DNA of 64,000 nucleotides. Source: Macrostomum lignano (Eukaryota). Positions 49,873 through 60,621 of the stretch are shown piece by piece (positions within the stretch are counted from its first letter, which is position 1; every line of letters begins with the position of its first letter). Location: positions 339,516 through 403,515 of the forward strand of contig NIVC01000462.1 of the NCBI GenBank assembly GCA_002269645.1. The letters run 5' to 3'. Below the pieces are notes generated by a model. It worked only from the letters and a program-made list of their open reading frames with translations. It was not told where the DNA came from and made no database searches. The position numbers and the translations under genes were made by a program.

Positions 49873-50904
49873 ATTCCGCAGTAATTTCTTAGCAGCCCCA
49901 ACAGTGCACTGAAGCGATCAAAATACCAAAAAATGATAACTTTCTAAAAGCAAGTCAATAAGCAAACGATACAAACAAAGTTGACTTGGGTTTGATAGTC
50001 ACATAATACTGACGCCAATATTGGAATGAAATTGAAGTACATTTTGCATCTCTGAGAGGCTTCGTGTCGATGGAAAGAGTCCTGAAACTGGGTATTGGGA
50101 GAGGAAAAATCGATCGAGCGGCAGTGCTGACGGAGACCGGGGGCTGTTTGAGAAGCAGTCTGAGCTGCCTGCGTCGGCAGTGAGTCTAAAAATATCCCAG
50201 TCTGTCCTGTTCCTCACGGCACTGCCTGCTCGCGAGTCGCGATTTCATACCCCCCACCCGACCAACCCTTCCCACCCGCAGGCCACCAGGGAAGGAATCT
50301 GAGCAGGGAGTCGGGTGCCCGCCCACACACCAAGCCAGCCCGGGGGGAAGAGAGGCGTGAGAACTCTCTACTCGCTCTCTCTCTCTCTCTCTGGGGCGGG
50401 GGGTTCTGTGCGTAGGCTGCTGGAAGCTGGGACTAATCCAGACATCCTTATCCCTCTTTCATTTCAGCAATGTCGCCCGGCCTATTCTGGGTCCGAATCT
50501 ATTTTTATCTCAAGTCTAAATTTAGACAGTCGCTATTTATTATCCCGCCCTAGCTATGCCCTTTTATTAGAGAGAGAATTGCTTGCAGACTGATTGATTG
50601 GGGTTTGGCAGGCTTTGCGGGACAGAAATAGCGGACCGGCCATGGGCCTGCACTGGGCCTGATAACGGACAATGCAGTCTGCAGCCCAGACAATTCAATG
50701 TCATCCACTCGCCGACGTTAGTACTTGTTTAGTATGTAAATAAGAATTTACAATCTTGCCCCATCCGCGAATATATTTACCATTCAGCGAAGATAATTAA
50801 CCATAGGCAGACGGATGGCCGTTTTCGTCCATTCTGTCTACCTCCAAGCTAGACGGCATAAAATCAATCTCTATGGGCCAGATTTGTTGGATTTTTTACC
50901 ACAG

Positions 50905-51101
50905 CCGTTCCCGACGACTAGAGGCCGAAAACGGCCATATAAATATTATGTATAAGGACTACTGACTGCTATATATAACCATATTTATAATCAATAGAAT
51001 TTCATTCCTTCATCTAGGCGGGAACGGTGGTAGCAGCAACATTTATGATCGTAAATTTGAAAACTGTCTATGGCTGTTTTCGGCCTATCCGTCGGGAACG
51101 G
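50905..51101. mobile_element. MITE-like element with inverted repeats of about 33 bp
   Basis: CCGTTCCCGACGACTAGAGGCCGAAAACGGCCATA vs TATGGCTGTTTTCGGCCTATCCGTCGGGAACGG; a related GGCCGTTTTCG also occurs near 50818; no clear TSD. Confidence 0.6.
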
Positions 51102-51171
51102 ATATAAGCGCCTAAAACTGCAGTCAAATAGAGGTTAACGGCTGGCTTAAACGGGATGTCTGGCTTAAACG

Positions 51172-52242
51172 GGGCGTTTTTTACTGATTCAAAAGGGTCG
51201 TTTCTTACTGATTCAAAAGGGACGTTTCTTACTGATTCAAAAAGGACGCTTCTTACTGATTCAAAAAGGACTCTTCTTACTGATTCAAAAGCGACGTTTC
51301 TTACTGATTCAAAAGGGAAGTTTCTTACTGATTCAAAAGAGAATTTACTTACTGATTCAAAAGGGGCGTTTCTTACTGATTCAAAAGGGACGTTTCTTAC
51401 TGATTCAAAAGGGACGTTTCTTACTGATTCAAAAGGGACATTTCTTACTGATTCAAAAGGGACATTTCTTACTGATTCAAAAGGGACGTTTCTTACTGAT
51501 TCAAAAGGGACGTTTCTTACTGATTCAAAAGGGTCGTTTCTTACTGATTCAAAAGGGACGTTTCTTACTGATTCAAAAGGGTCGTTTCTTACTGATTCAA
51601 AAGGGACGTTTCTTACTGATTCAAAAGGGTCGCTTCTTACTGATTCAAAAAGGACGTTTCTTACTGATTCAAAAGGGTCGTTTCTTACTGATTCAAAAGG
51701 GTCGTTTCTTACTGATTCAAAAGGGACGTTTCTTACTGATTCAAAAGGGTCGCTTCTTACTGATTCAAAAAGGACGTTTCTTACTGATTTAAAAGGGGCG
51801 TTTCTTACTGATTCAAAAGCGACGTTTCTTACTGATTCAAAAGGGGCGTTTCTTACTGATTCAAAAGCGACGTTTCTTACTGATTCAAAAGGGACGTTTC
51901 TTACTGATTCAAAAGCGACGCTTCTTACTGATTCAAAAGCGACGCTTCTTACTGATTCAAAAGGGTCGCTTCTTACTGATTCAAAAAGGACGCTTCTTAC
52001 TGATTCAAAAGGGTCGCTTCTTACTGATTCAAAAAGGACGCTTCTTACTGATTCGAAAGCGACGCTTCTTACTGATTCAAAAAGGACGCTTCTTACTGAT
52101 TCAAAAAGGACGTTTCTTACTGATTCAAAAGCGACTCTTCTTACTGATTCAAAAGGGAAGTTTCTTACTGATTCAAAAGGGAATTTTCTTACTGATTCAA
52201 AAGGGAATTTTCTTACTGATTCAATAGGGACATGTCTTACTT
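51172..52242. repeat. 24-bp minisatellite (TTCTTACTGATTCAAAAGGGACGT)
   Basis: Read directly; source of the LTDSKGTF ORF. Confidence 0.96.
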
Positions 52243-52929
52243 AAATTTAAGTTTTAAATTAAAATTTTATTAATGACGGACAAAATATTCAGATATCATG
52301 ATATCAAGAATAGGTCAGCTCCGGCTTGAGGCTTAAATTCTACACTGCGGTTGTCGACTAAGCTTCTACAGCAATCTATTTTTATTCCCAACCCTGAGGG
52401 ATTTGGGATCAAACAATAGTCGCTCTTCTTGTTTGCTGTGCTCTTGTTCGGCTTTACAGCCTACACTGAGTCAATAATCTTGCACGTCGGACAAATCAAT
52501 AAAAACAGATTTCCAAACCCTGTTTATGCTACTGAACACTAATATGCGAGTAGTGCAGCTGGGATCTAGGCGCCGCAATTTAATCATCGGTGTTTACTCT
52601 AGACCTCTCGTGATGTTGAACAATAGTGGATTGAGAAGAGAAACCGACCCTTGTAACTTCCGGGTCGCAAGTCTCCAAGCTGAGCAGGGCTGAGTAGGCT
52701 GAGCAGACTCAGGGCAGATGCTGAACTTCCGGCAACTAGAAAGCCAAGAAAGCCAGCTGAAAGCAAAGTCCGATTCCCGGATATCTTGCGCTGGCTTCCT
52801 CACAAGGCTTGTGCCTCTGTTCGGCGCCGCACGGCTATTGGACCTATTGGTCCGTTCTCCAAGTATGCCTTGACAAGCGGACTGGCTTATTGACTGATCG
52901 CGGACCTGGGATATCTCTATATAGGGCAC

Positions 52930-53007
52930 TGTTGGATTAGCTCAATGGTTTGGCTTTCATTACACGCGCGGGACAGAGCACTCAGGCTACTGTTGGGCAT
53001 ATTCAAG
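52930..53007 (+). other. Candidate upstream exon of the DDC gene (donor CAAG|GTAAGT at 53007/53008; 5' limit unknown)
   Basis: Consensus donor at the end of a GC-rich region; the matching acceptor TTTGCAG| lies 29 nt before the DDC ATG. Confidence 0.4.
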
Positions 53008-53064
53008 GTAAGTTTGAGAATGTAAACTGCCGATTTTTTGTGTTCAGACAAACCAAAACTTTTT

Positions 53065-54650
53065 TACTGTCACTGATTCCCTCTCTGATCATTCAGTGAG
53101 CTGTCACTGATTCCCTCTCTGATCATTCAGTGAACTGTCACTGATTCCCTCTCTTATCATGCAGTGAACTGTCACTGATTCCCTCTCTGATCATTCAGTG
53201 AACTGTCACTGATTCCATCTCTTATCATGCAGTGAACTGTCACTGATTCCCTCTCTTATCATGCAGTGAACTGTCACTGATTCCCTCTCTGATCATTCAG
53301 TGAGCTGTCACTGATTCCCTCTCTGATCATTCAGTGAACTTTCACTGATTCCCTCTCTTATCATGCAGTGAGCTGTCACTGATTCCCTCTCTGATCATTC
53401 AGTGAACTGTCACTGATTCCCTCTCTGATCATTCAGTGAGCTGTCACTGATTCCCTCTCTTATCATTCAGTGAACTGTCACTGATTCCCTCTCCTATCAT
53501 TCAGTGAGCTGTCACTGATTCCCTCTCTGATCATTCAGTGAACTGTCACTGATTCCCTCTCTTATCATTCAGTGAACTGTCACTGATTCCCTCTCCTATC
53601 ATTCAGTGAGCTGTCACTGATTCCCTCTCTGATCATTCAGTGAACTGTCACTGATTCCCTCTCTTATCATGTAGTGAACTGTCACTGATTCCCTCTCTGA
53701 TCATTCAGTGAACTGTCACTGATTCCCTCTCTTATCATTCAGTGAACTGTCACTGATTCCCTCTCTTATCATGCAGTGAACTGTCACTGATTCCCTCTCT
53801 TATCATGAAGTGAACTGTCACTGATTCCCTCTCTTATCATGCAGTGAACTGTCACTGATTCCCTCTCTGATCATTCAGAGAGCTGTCACTGATTCCCTCT
53901 CTTATCATGTAGTGAACTGTCACTAATTCCCTCTCTGATCATTCAGTGAACTGTCACTGATTCCCTCTCTGATCATTCAGTGAGCTGTCACTGATTCCCT
54001 CTCTTATCATGCAGTGAACTGTCACTGATTCCCTCTCTGATCATTCAGTGAACTGTCACTGATTCCCTCTCTTATCATGCAGTGAACTGTCACTGATTCC
54101 CTCTCTGATCATTCAGTGAACTGTCACTGATTCCCTCTCTGATCATTCAGTGAACTGTCACTGATTCCCTCTCTGATCATTCAGTGAACTGTCACTGATT
54201 CCCTCTCTGATCATTCAGTGAACTGTCACTGATTCCCTCCCTGATCATTCAGTGAACTGTCACTGATTGCCTTTCTGATTATTCAGTGAACTGTCACTGA
54301 TTCCCTGTCTGATCATTCAGTGAGCTGTCACTGATTGCCTCTCTGATCATTCAGTGAACTGTCACTGATTCCCTCTCTGATCATTCAGTGAACTGTCACT
54401 GATTCCCTCTCTGATCATTCAGTGAACTGTCACTGATTCCCTCTCTTATCATGTAGTGAACTGTCACTGATTCCCTCTCTGATCATTCAGTGAACTGTCA
54501 CTGATTCCCTCTCTGATCATTCAGTGAACTGTCACTGATTCCCTCTCTGATCATTCAGTGAGCTGTCACTGATTCCCTCTCTGATCATTCAGTAAGCTGT
54601 CACTGATTCCCTCTCTGATCATTCAGTGAACTGTCACTGATTCCTTCCCT
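53065..54650. repeat. 34-bp minisatellite (CTGTCACTGATTCCCTCTCTGATCATTCAGTGAA) with an internal inverted repeat
   Basis: Read directly; each unit has TCACTGA...TCAGTGA. Confidence 0.96.
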
Positions 54651-55321
54651 GATGCTGCAGTATATTAGATGAATCGCAAAGTACCAGTAATTAATATTTA
54701 GTCGATAAAGTTAAATGGGAAGGTGAATTGACGCAAGTAAGTAGCGATGTACTGTAGCAGTCCAGGTAGCAAAGCTGGACTGGTCTAGGCCTGTACCGTG
54801 AAGATACTAGTGTGTACTGCAAGCAATTACTATAAGCTAATCAGTTGAAAGAGTGATATTCCGAAAGCCTGTTGGACCCCAATGAGAGACAATTTCTGTA
54901 TCAGTCGGAACAACTTCATGCTGGCTGTTGCAGCTGCGGTAGATAACTTATCACCTCTGCTTTTCTCTAGCCACTCTTTCTTGGCCTTTGCCGATTGTGT
55001 ATGTCAGGCTTTATAGCCGCTTTGGAAACGTTAATGTACCGTAAATGCACGTCCATTCCTTGAACATGTGTCTGGATGTCAATTAAAGCAAGACTAGAGC
55101 GAGAAAATCTCCGAAGCGTATATAAGAAAAGATTTTTCTATAACTCTTCTGCTTCGGCAAAACTAAAACTGCTTTTCTTCGCGGGTGACACTAAAGGTTC
55201 GTTCTGTTGATTTTCAATCTTCTTTTTGCAAAGGTTTTTTCAAGTCATTGTCCCATGTTGTTGCTGACTTGAGTCATTTAATTCTAAACAAAGATATCTT
55301 TTTGAGAAGCATAGAATGACT

Positions 55322-55627
55322 TAATAATAATAATAATTGATAACACCTGCCGGAGTGGGCAGATGTGCAACCGACAGCTCAGCCGCATTTATTGCGCTGC
55401 GCATCTGAAGGCTGCGGACGGCTGTTCAGTCCATGAACTGGGGGGTCGCCACACATGCTCTCAATTACCCCAGCCAATGCTGGAACCCATTTTACAGCTG
55501 GGTGAACTGAAGCATTGCAGAGTTAAGTGTCTTGCTCAAGGACACAAATTGTTTCGAGAGGGTAAAGAATCGAACCCTCGACCTTCAAGTCGTGAGTCCG
55601 ACGCTCTGACCACTAGGACACAACCCC
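55322..55627 (-). mobile_element. tRNA-derived SINE with CORE-like domain (family A, copy 2, near full length)
   Basis: Reverse strand GGGGTTGTGTCCTAGTGGTCAGAGCG...GGTTCGATTC head, GTGTCCTTGAGCAAGACACTTAAC...CTGTAAAATGGG core and (TTA)n tail. Confidence 0.88.
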
Positions 55628-55808
55628 TAGACTTTATGACTTTATGCATGAATAATATTTTTGTTACTGTTCTTAGTAGCATGGTTGAAAAGTTGATATA
55701 TCTCTGATACAAGACCCCGACTCAAGCAAACTCGACCAGAGTAAAATATTGCCCCCTGTAACTCGAAATGACTTTGCAGAGACTAAGGCTCAATCAAATC
55801 CAATCGAA

Positions 55809-58800
55809 ATGGACGGTGAAGAGTTTCGTCAGCGCGGCCGTCAGATGGTTGACCTCATCGTGGACTATGTCAACAGCTTTCGCGACCGTCCCGTAGTGCC
55901 CAACGTGCAGCCCGGCTACCTGAGGCCGCTGATTCCGCCTGAGGCGCCGCAGGAGGGCGAAAGCTTCGATAAAATCCTGGCCGACATTGAGCCCGTAGTG
56001 CTCGCTGGGGTGAGCTTTCAAAAATTGGACTCAAATTTCTTCATCATTGCGTAAGAGTGACTGAAGGGGAAGAAGGGCCTTTAGCGAGACAGTCTCTCGC
56101 ACCACGACCCTTGGCTTGATTCAGCGCGCGGTCGCCTCCATTTTGAGTTTGTGCACGAAAATTGTCCATGGCGTTGTCGTGCGATTTACAGCCATGTGGG
56201 ACGAACCCCCAAGGCACTGAGAGTGTACATGACTGACGATTAGAAAACCGGGGCAGCTGTACACCGCGTGTGAGCGTGTGTATGTCCCCAGGAGTCAGTG
56301 AAATGGGTAGAATTGCCGTCAATGCTGGTTGTGGGACGATGGCGCCGAAGTTGTTACGTCAGGGGGGGGGGCAATAGCCCTGCTAAGATTAGTTAGTAAT
56401 ACTATTATTACAACGGATCAATCTCGAGCAACAAGTTGACGCGGCGCACGCTGGCCTGCTGCGCGCCGCCTTCAAGATCGGCTAAGAGCGAGTGACCAAC
56501 GCGGCTTTGTATCACCGCGCTGGACTGGTCGGTCCAAGCGACCTGTTGCGCCGTCGGCGACTCCAGCTGTCAGACCACATCATCCGCGCCGAGTCGTACT
56601 GCCCAGAGCCGGTGCAGGAGGTGCTGCTGCTAACGCTGCAGGCACCCTACCGGCGGGGACAGGCGCACACTCGGCGTTTCGTCGACTGCCTGCTGGCTGA
56701 CGCCGGCGCCCCGGATTCGGCCGGCAGCGTGGCGTTCATTCGCGACCTGGCCTTGAGGCGCGCCTTGTTACGCTAACTGCGTATTCTGTTGTTGTTGTTG
56801 TTGTTGTTGTTGGACAAATCTTCTTTAACGTCCTGCAGCTTTTTACTTTTAACTTTATGATAAAATATCGCAAAATCTCTCAAAATCTTCACGCGAACTT
56901 TGTCATTCTCAGGTAACCAACCGAAGAAACATATTGTAAGCTGTTGGCTTCAAACTTCTACCCTAAAACCACTTAGCTTTTAGGGTTCGCTTAGCTTTTA
57001 GGGTCCATTCAGTGTGTTTGCTTTGAGTCTTTTAGTTTTAGTTTGAGCTATATTGCTTAAGTCGGGGCTCAGTTGAGGCGCTCAACTTGACATTTGCCTT
57101 TCAAAAGCTTTCACAAAGAAAAGAAAGTGAGGACTTCGTTCCTTAGTGTTTGTTTTGTATATATAATTATAGTCTTAGGAGAGAGGGTCATTTTCATTGC
57201 AATATGCATCTTTGGTGGCCGCCAGTCGGCTATAGTCTAGATCGATTCAAACGGCCGTCAAGTTCTGAAGTTTATTTGAAAATGTTGAAGAACAAAAAAT
57301 CAAATAAAGAGCAAACTCTGGGATCAGTTAAACAAACTATATCTATTTAAATCTACATATGATGAATGTGATTTGTTAATAAGGCTTCGTTAGTTTCTCA
57401 AGGAATCTGTGTCTTGATAGAGGTAGGTAAAATCCTCAGTCTCGTGACATAAGATACGGTTAAAGCTTCTACTAGCTTCTTAATATGCTACTCTTAGTAG
57501 GAAGATAGTAGGAAGAACACTTTTTTCTTTGAAATTTTCATTTCATTCTGGGTTTAAACACCTCCCTGTGGCGGGCAAGTGCAAGCGCACCTGAAGACGG
57601 CCGTTTAGGTGCTCTCGCGCCCACCTGCTCATCACGCCGCGTCTATGCGCCACCCAACCCCGGAGATTAGGAGTGGGGGGGGGGTTCGCCCACCCAGTCT
57701 GAGCTACGTGGGGGTTGGGGTTGACTGACTAACTAGCGCGTTGGCCTACTTAACCTGATTGTGCGCACATGCTTGTAAGAACTTTTTGCTCTCCGCAAAT
57801 ACAATTTCAAGTCTGCACGCAGTAGCTACTGCCCGCTTCATCCCTCCTTAAATTCCTGCTCAAGGTGACCAACTGGCATCACCCGAATTTCCACGCCTAT
57901 TACCCGACCGCCAGCTCGTACCCGGCCATCCTGGGCGACATGCTGAGCGACGCCATCGCTTGTATCGGATTCTCCTGGGTGAGCAGAGCAGATGAGGGAG
58001 AGGCTGAGTTGTCAACGTGAATATTTTTTAGATAGAGTTAATTCCCGGAATCGCGATCCGCTCAGATCGCCAGTCCCGCGTGCACAGAGCTGGAGACTGT
58101 CATGATGGACTGGTTGGCCAAGGCTCTGGGCCTGCCGGACCACTTTCTGTTCAGTTCTGGCGGCCGCGGCGGCGGCGTCATCCAGGGCACAGCTAGCGAG
58201 GCCTCGCTGATGGTCTTCCTGGGTGCAAGGAACGACGCCATCGCCAAGCTGCAGGCAGCTGAGCCTCAGGGCGAGCCCTGCGAACTGCTCGCCAGGCTGG
58301 TGGCTTACACCTCCGAAGAGGTGAGTGCGGCTTGTTGACACTTTCTAGGAGTTTCATTGGATCTAGATTGACTGCTAGGGGAGGGGGGTAGGATGGGTGG
58401 GCAGAGTGTATGTAATAACGCGATAATAACCCCAAAAATACCTAAGTTTGTGCTCGGCTTTTCATGCGTGTACCTACCTATCTATACGTGAAGTATGAAT
58501 GTTCATAACTACTTGCTGGATGCGGGGTCAACTGTTGCCTTGATTTCTGTCTGCCACCTGCGAAGTAAGTAAGTACATGTAAGATATTGAGTTGACTTTG
58601 CTTCCAGGCTCACAGCTCCGTGGAACGCGCCGCCAAGCTGGCCTTCGTTCGCATTCGATCGCTTAAAACTGACGAGAAGCACTCGCTCCGTGGCGACGCT
58701 CTCAAACAGGCAATCGCTGAGGACAGAGCCAAAGGTCTCGTTCCGATACTGGTAGGTGTTTTCCAGCTAAACACTGGTTTCTGTGAGAATGAGCTCAACA

Positions 58801-60621
58801 GAATTCCAATGTCAATGTTGCCTCTCTCGTCCATAGTGCATCGCCACGTTGGGCACTACGAGTTCCTGCGCATTCGACAACGTTAGAGAACTGGGACAAA
58901 TCTGTGAGACCTACTTCTCAGTTAACTTGGTGGGAAGTGGCTTTTATACATGATCCAATTTTCACTTTTATAGGTAATCGGGAGGGACTATGGTGTCACG
59001 TTGACGCCGCATATGCTGGATCGGCCCTGCTGTGCCCTGAGCTGAGGAACTTTGCCGATGGAATCGAGGTAAACAATAACGCTCGGATATTGAAATTCCG
59101 TACACAGATTATCTTGTATCTTCGCAATGAACACATTTGACCCATTTGATTCACAGCTGGCAGATTCGTTCAACTTCAATCCGCACAAGTGGATGCTGGT
59201 CACATTCGACTGTTCGGCTCTGTTTCTGCGAGATGCCAGCAAAATTGTGGAAATTTTCTCTGCAGATCCAATCTACCTTAAGCACGAGTTCACTGGTCAG
59301 CCTGACTACAGGGTAAAGTGGTTTCTATGCGATTTTGAGCAACAGAAATCTTTAATAAATCTGTACCTCATACATATTTTGGCCTAGGAATCATCCAAGT
59401 GCTTCATAGTCACCTCTATAGTGTCCACTAATGTAACACCATTGCACACTCATCTCTACAATGTCCACTAATGTATCGCCGTTGCACATTTACCTTTACA
59501 ACATCCGTCACCAGTACACAGTCACCTCTCCAATGTTCATCAGTATATCGCGATAATATTATTTACCTCGCAAAAAACTGCCACATATGAAACTTACAAA
59601 AACTGAAGCGAGACAACAGGTAATAACGTAATGCAAATAATATTGTTTGTTGAAGGACGGTTTCAACGTAGGTCCAAAAAATATATTCATTCGTCAGTGA
59701 AGCATAATTTTAATTAGCCAGATGAATTTTCAAATTCATTTTTACCGGTCTGTACGACACCACTGAGCCACTTATGATGCAGGCTTCTTCGTTGATGATA
59801 TGATGAAATCTCAATGAAACAATGGATAAGCATGCATTTCATAAATCCCATTGTCGAGCCGAGCTTACGACATCAAATTCAATTCAATTGTTTGCTTTAA
59901 CTTACTAATTCAGATTAATCGGAATTGCAGCAAAACCACCTGGGACTGTCAGTTTGCAAGTCGTGACAAAATTAATTACGATTTTTTTTTATATTCAGCA
60001 CTGGCAAATTCCGTTGGGGCGTCGATTCCGCTCCCTGAAGATCTGGTTCGTCATGAGGTGCTTCGGCATCAGCGGGCTTCAGGCCTACATAAGAAAGGTG
60101 AGTTTGAAGATCAACAGTCCGGCAAAACTGGTTCAAAAGTGTTAGAATTTCTAATATTCGCTAATTCCAGCACGTCTCTCTGGCCAAGGAGTTTGAAGCT
60201 CTGATTCTGGCCGATGGTCGCTTTGAAGTTGTCGAAGAGGTTACGCTTGGTCTCGTGTGCTTCCGGCTAAAGGTATGCACACTGTTTGCATACACGTTGG
60301 TATGCGTATTGTTAGAGTCCGATTGGATGAATAAAATTTAAATGAGATGGGTTCAGAGAGAGCTGTTTGACTTCTCTGAGTTCTGACACTGCATAAAAGC
60401 AAGTCAGCGTTATCACCAAATCACAGGGCACCAACGAAGCCACGGAGGCGCTGTACCGAACTCTACGCGAGGACCAACGAATTCACCTGGTGGCGTCCAA
60501 GTTTCACTCCAGTGGCGTGTACTTTCTTCGCTTTGTAGTGTGCTCCAGCCAGTGCGAGTCAAAGGACATCCGCTTTGCCCACAGCGTCATCATGGAGGCT
60601 GCCAATAAGCTGGCTAAATAG
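55809..60621 (+). CDS. DDC: Aromatic L-amino-acid (DOPA) decarboxylase, group II PLP enzyme; exons 55809-56009, 57865-57978, 58066-58320, 58608-58751, 58837-58903, 58974-59068, 59157-59312, 59999-60097, 60171-60272, 60427-60621; 475 aa
   Basis: Ten GT-AG exons join into one 1428-nt frame: [58 protein letters not shown] (PLP lysine), [24 protein letters not shown]. Gly in IPLGRR favours DDC over HDC/TDC. Confidence 0.95.
56065..56340 (+). mobile_element. Degenerate SINE (family B) in DDC intron 1
   Basis: Shares AACCCCCAAGGC, AGTGTACATG, GCTGTACAC, GTGTGAG and GGAGTC.GTG.AATGGG blocks in the same order with 63006-63367; boundaries approximate. Confidence 0.6.
56425..56811 (+). mobile_element. 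5'-truncated RTE-type non-LTR retrotransposon tail
   Basis: Translation [29 protein letters not shown]...[13 protein letters not shown]...[14 protein letters not shown] resembles the post-RT C-terminus of RTE elements. (GTT)n tail; possible degenerate TSD GGATCAATCT / GGACAAATCT. Confidence 0.75.
57558..57700 (-). mobile_element. Diverged 3' fragment related to SINE family A
   Basis: ACACCT..., GGGCAAGTGCAA, GCGCACCTGAAG and GGGGGGTTCGCC echo the tail of the copies at 43.9 and 55.3 kb. Confidence 0.45.

Noticed and set aside
1120-52244. Long periodic ORFs (1120-2012, 6243-7027, 24867-25334, 42726-43390, 45023-46039, 49167-49912, 51156-52244)
   Set aside because: They are translations of stop-free tandem repeats, often open in several frames and on both strands, with no splice or domain support.
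27562-54650. CRISPR-like appearance of the 29-62-bp arrays
   Set aside because: The units are head-to-tail with no unique spacers, there are no cas genes, and the context is eukaryotic and intronic.
54800-55280. Protein-like - strand stretch (EPLVSPAKKSSFSFAEAEEL...)
   Set aside because: Interrupted by stops and no family recognised; cannot support a pseudogene call.
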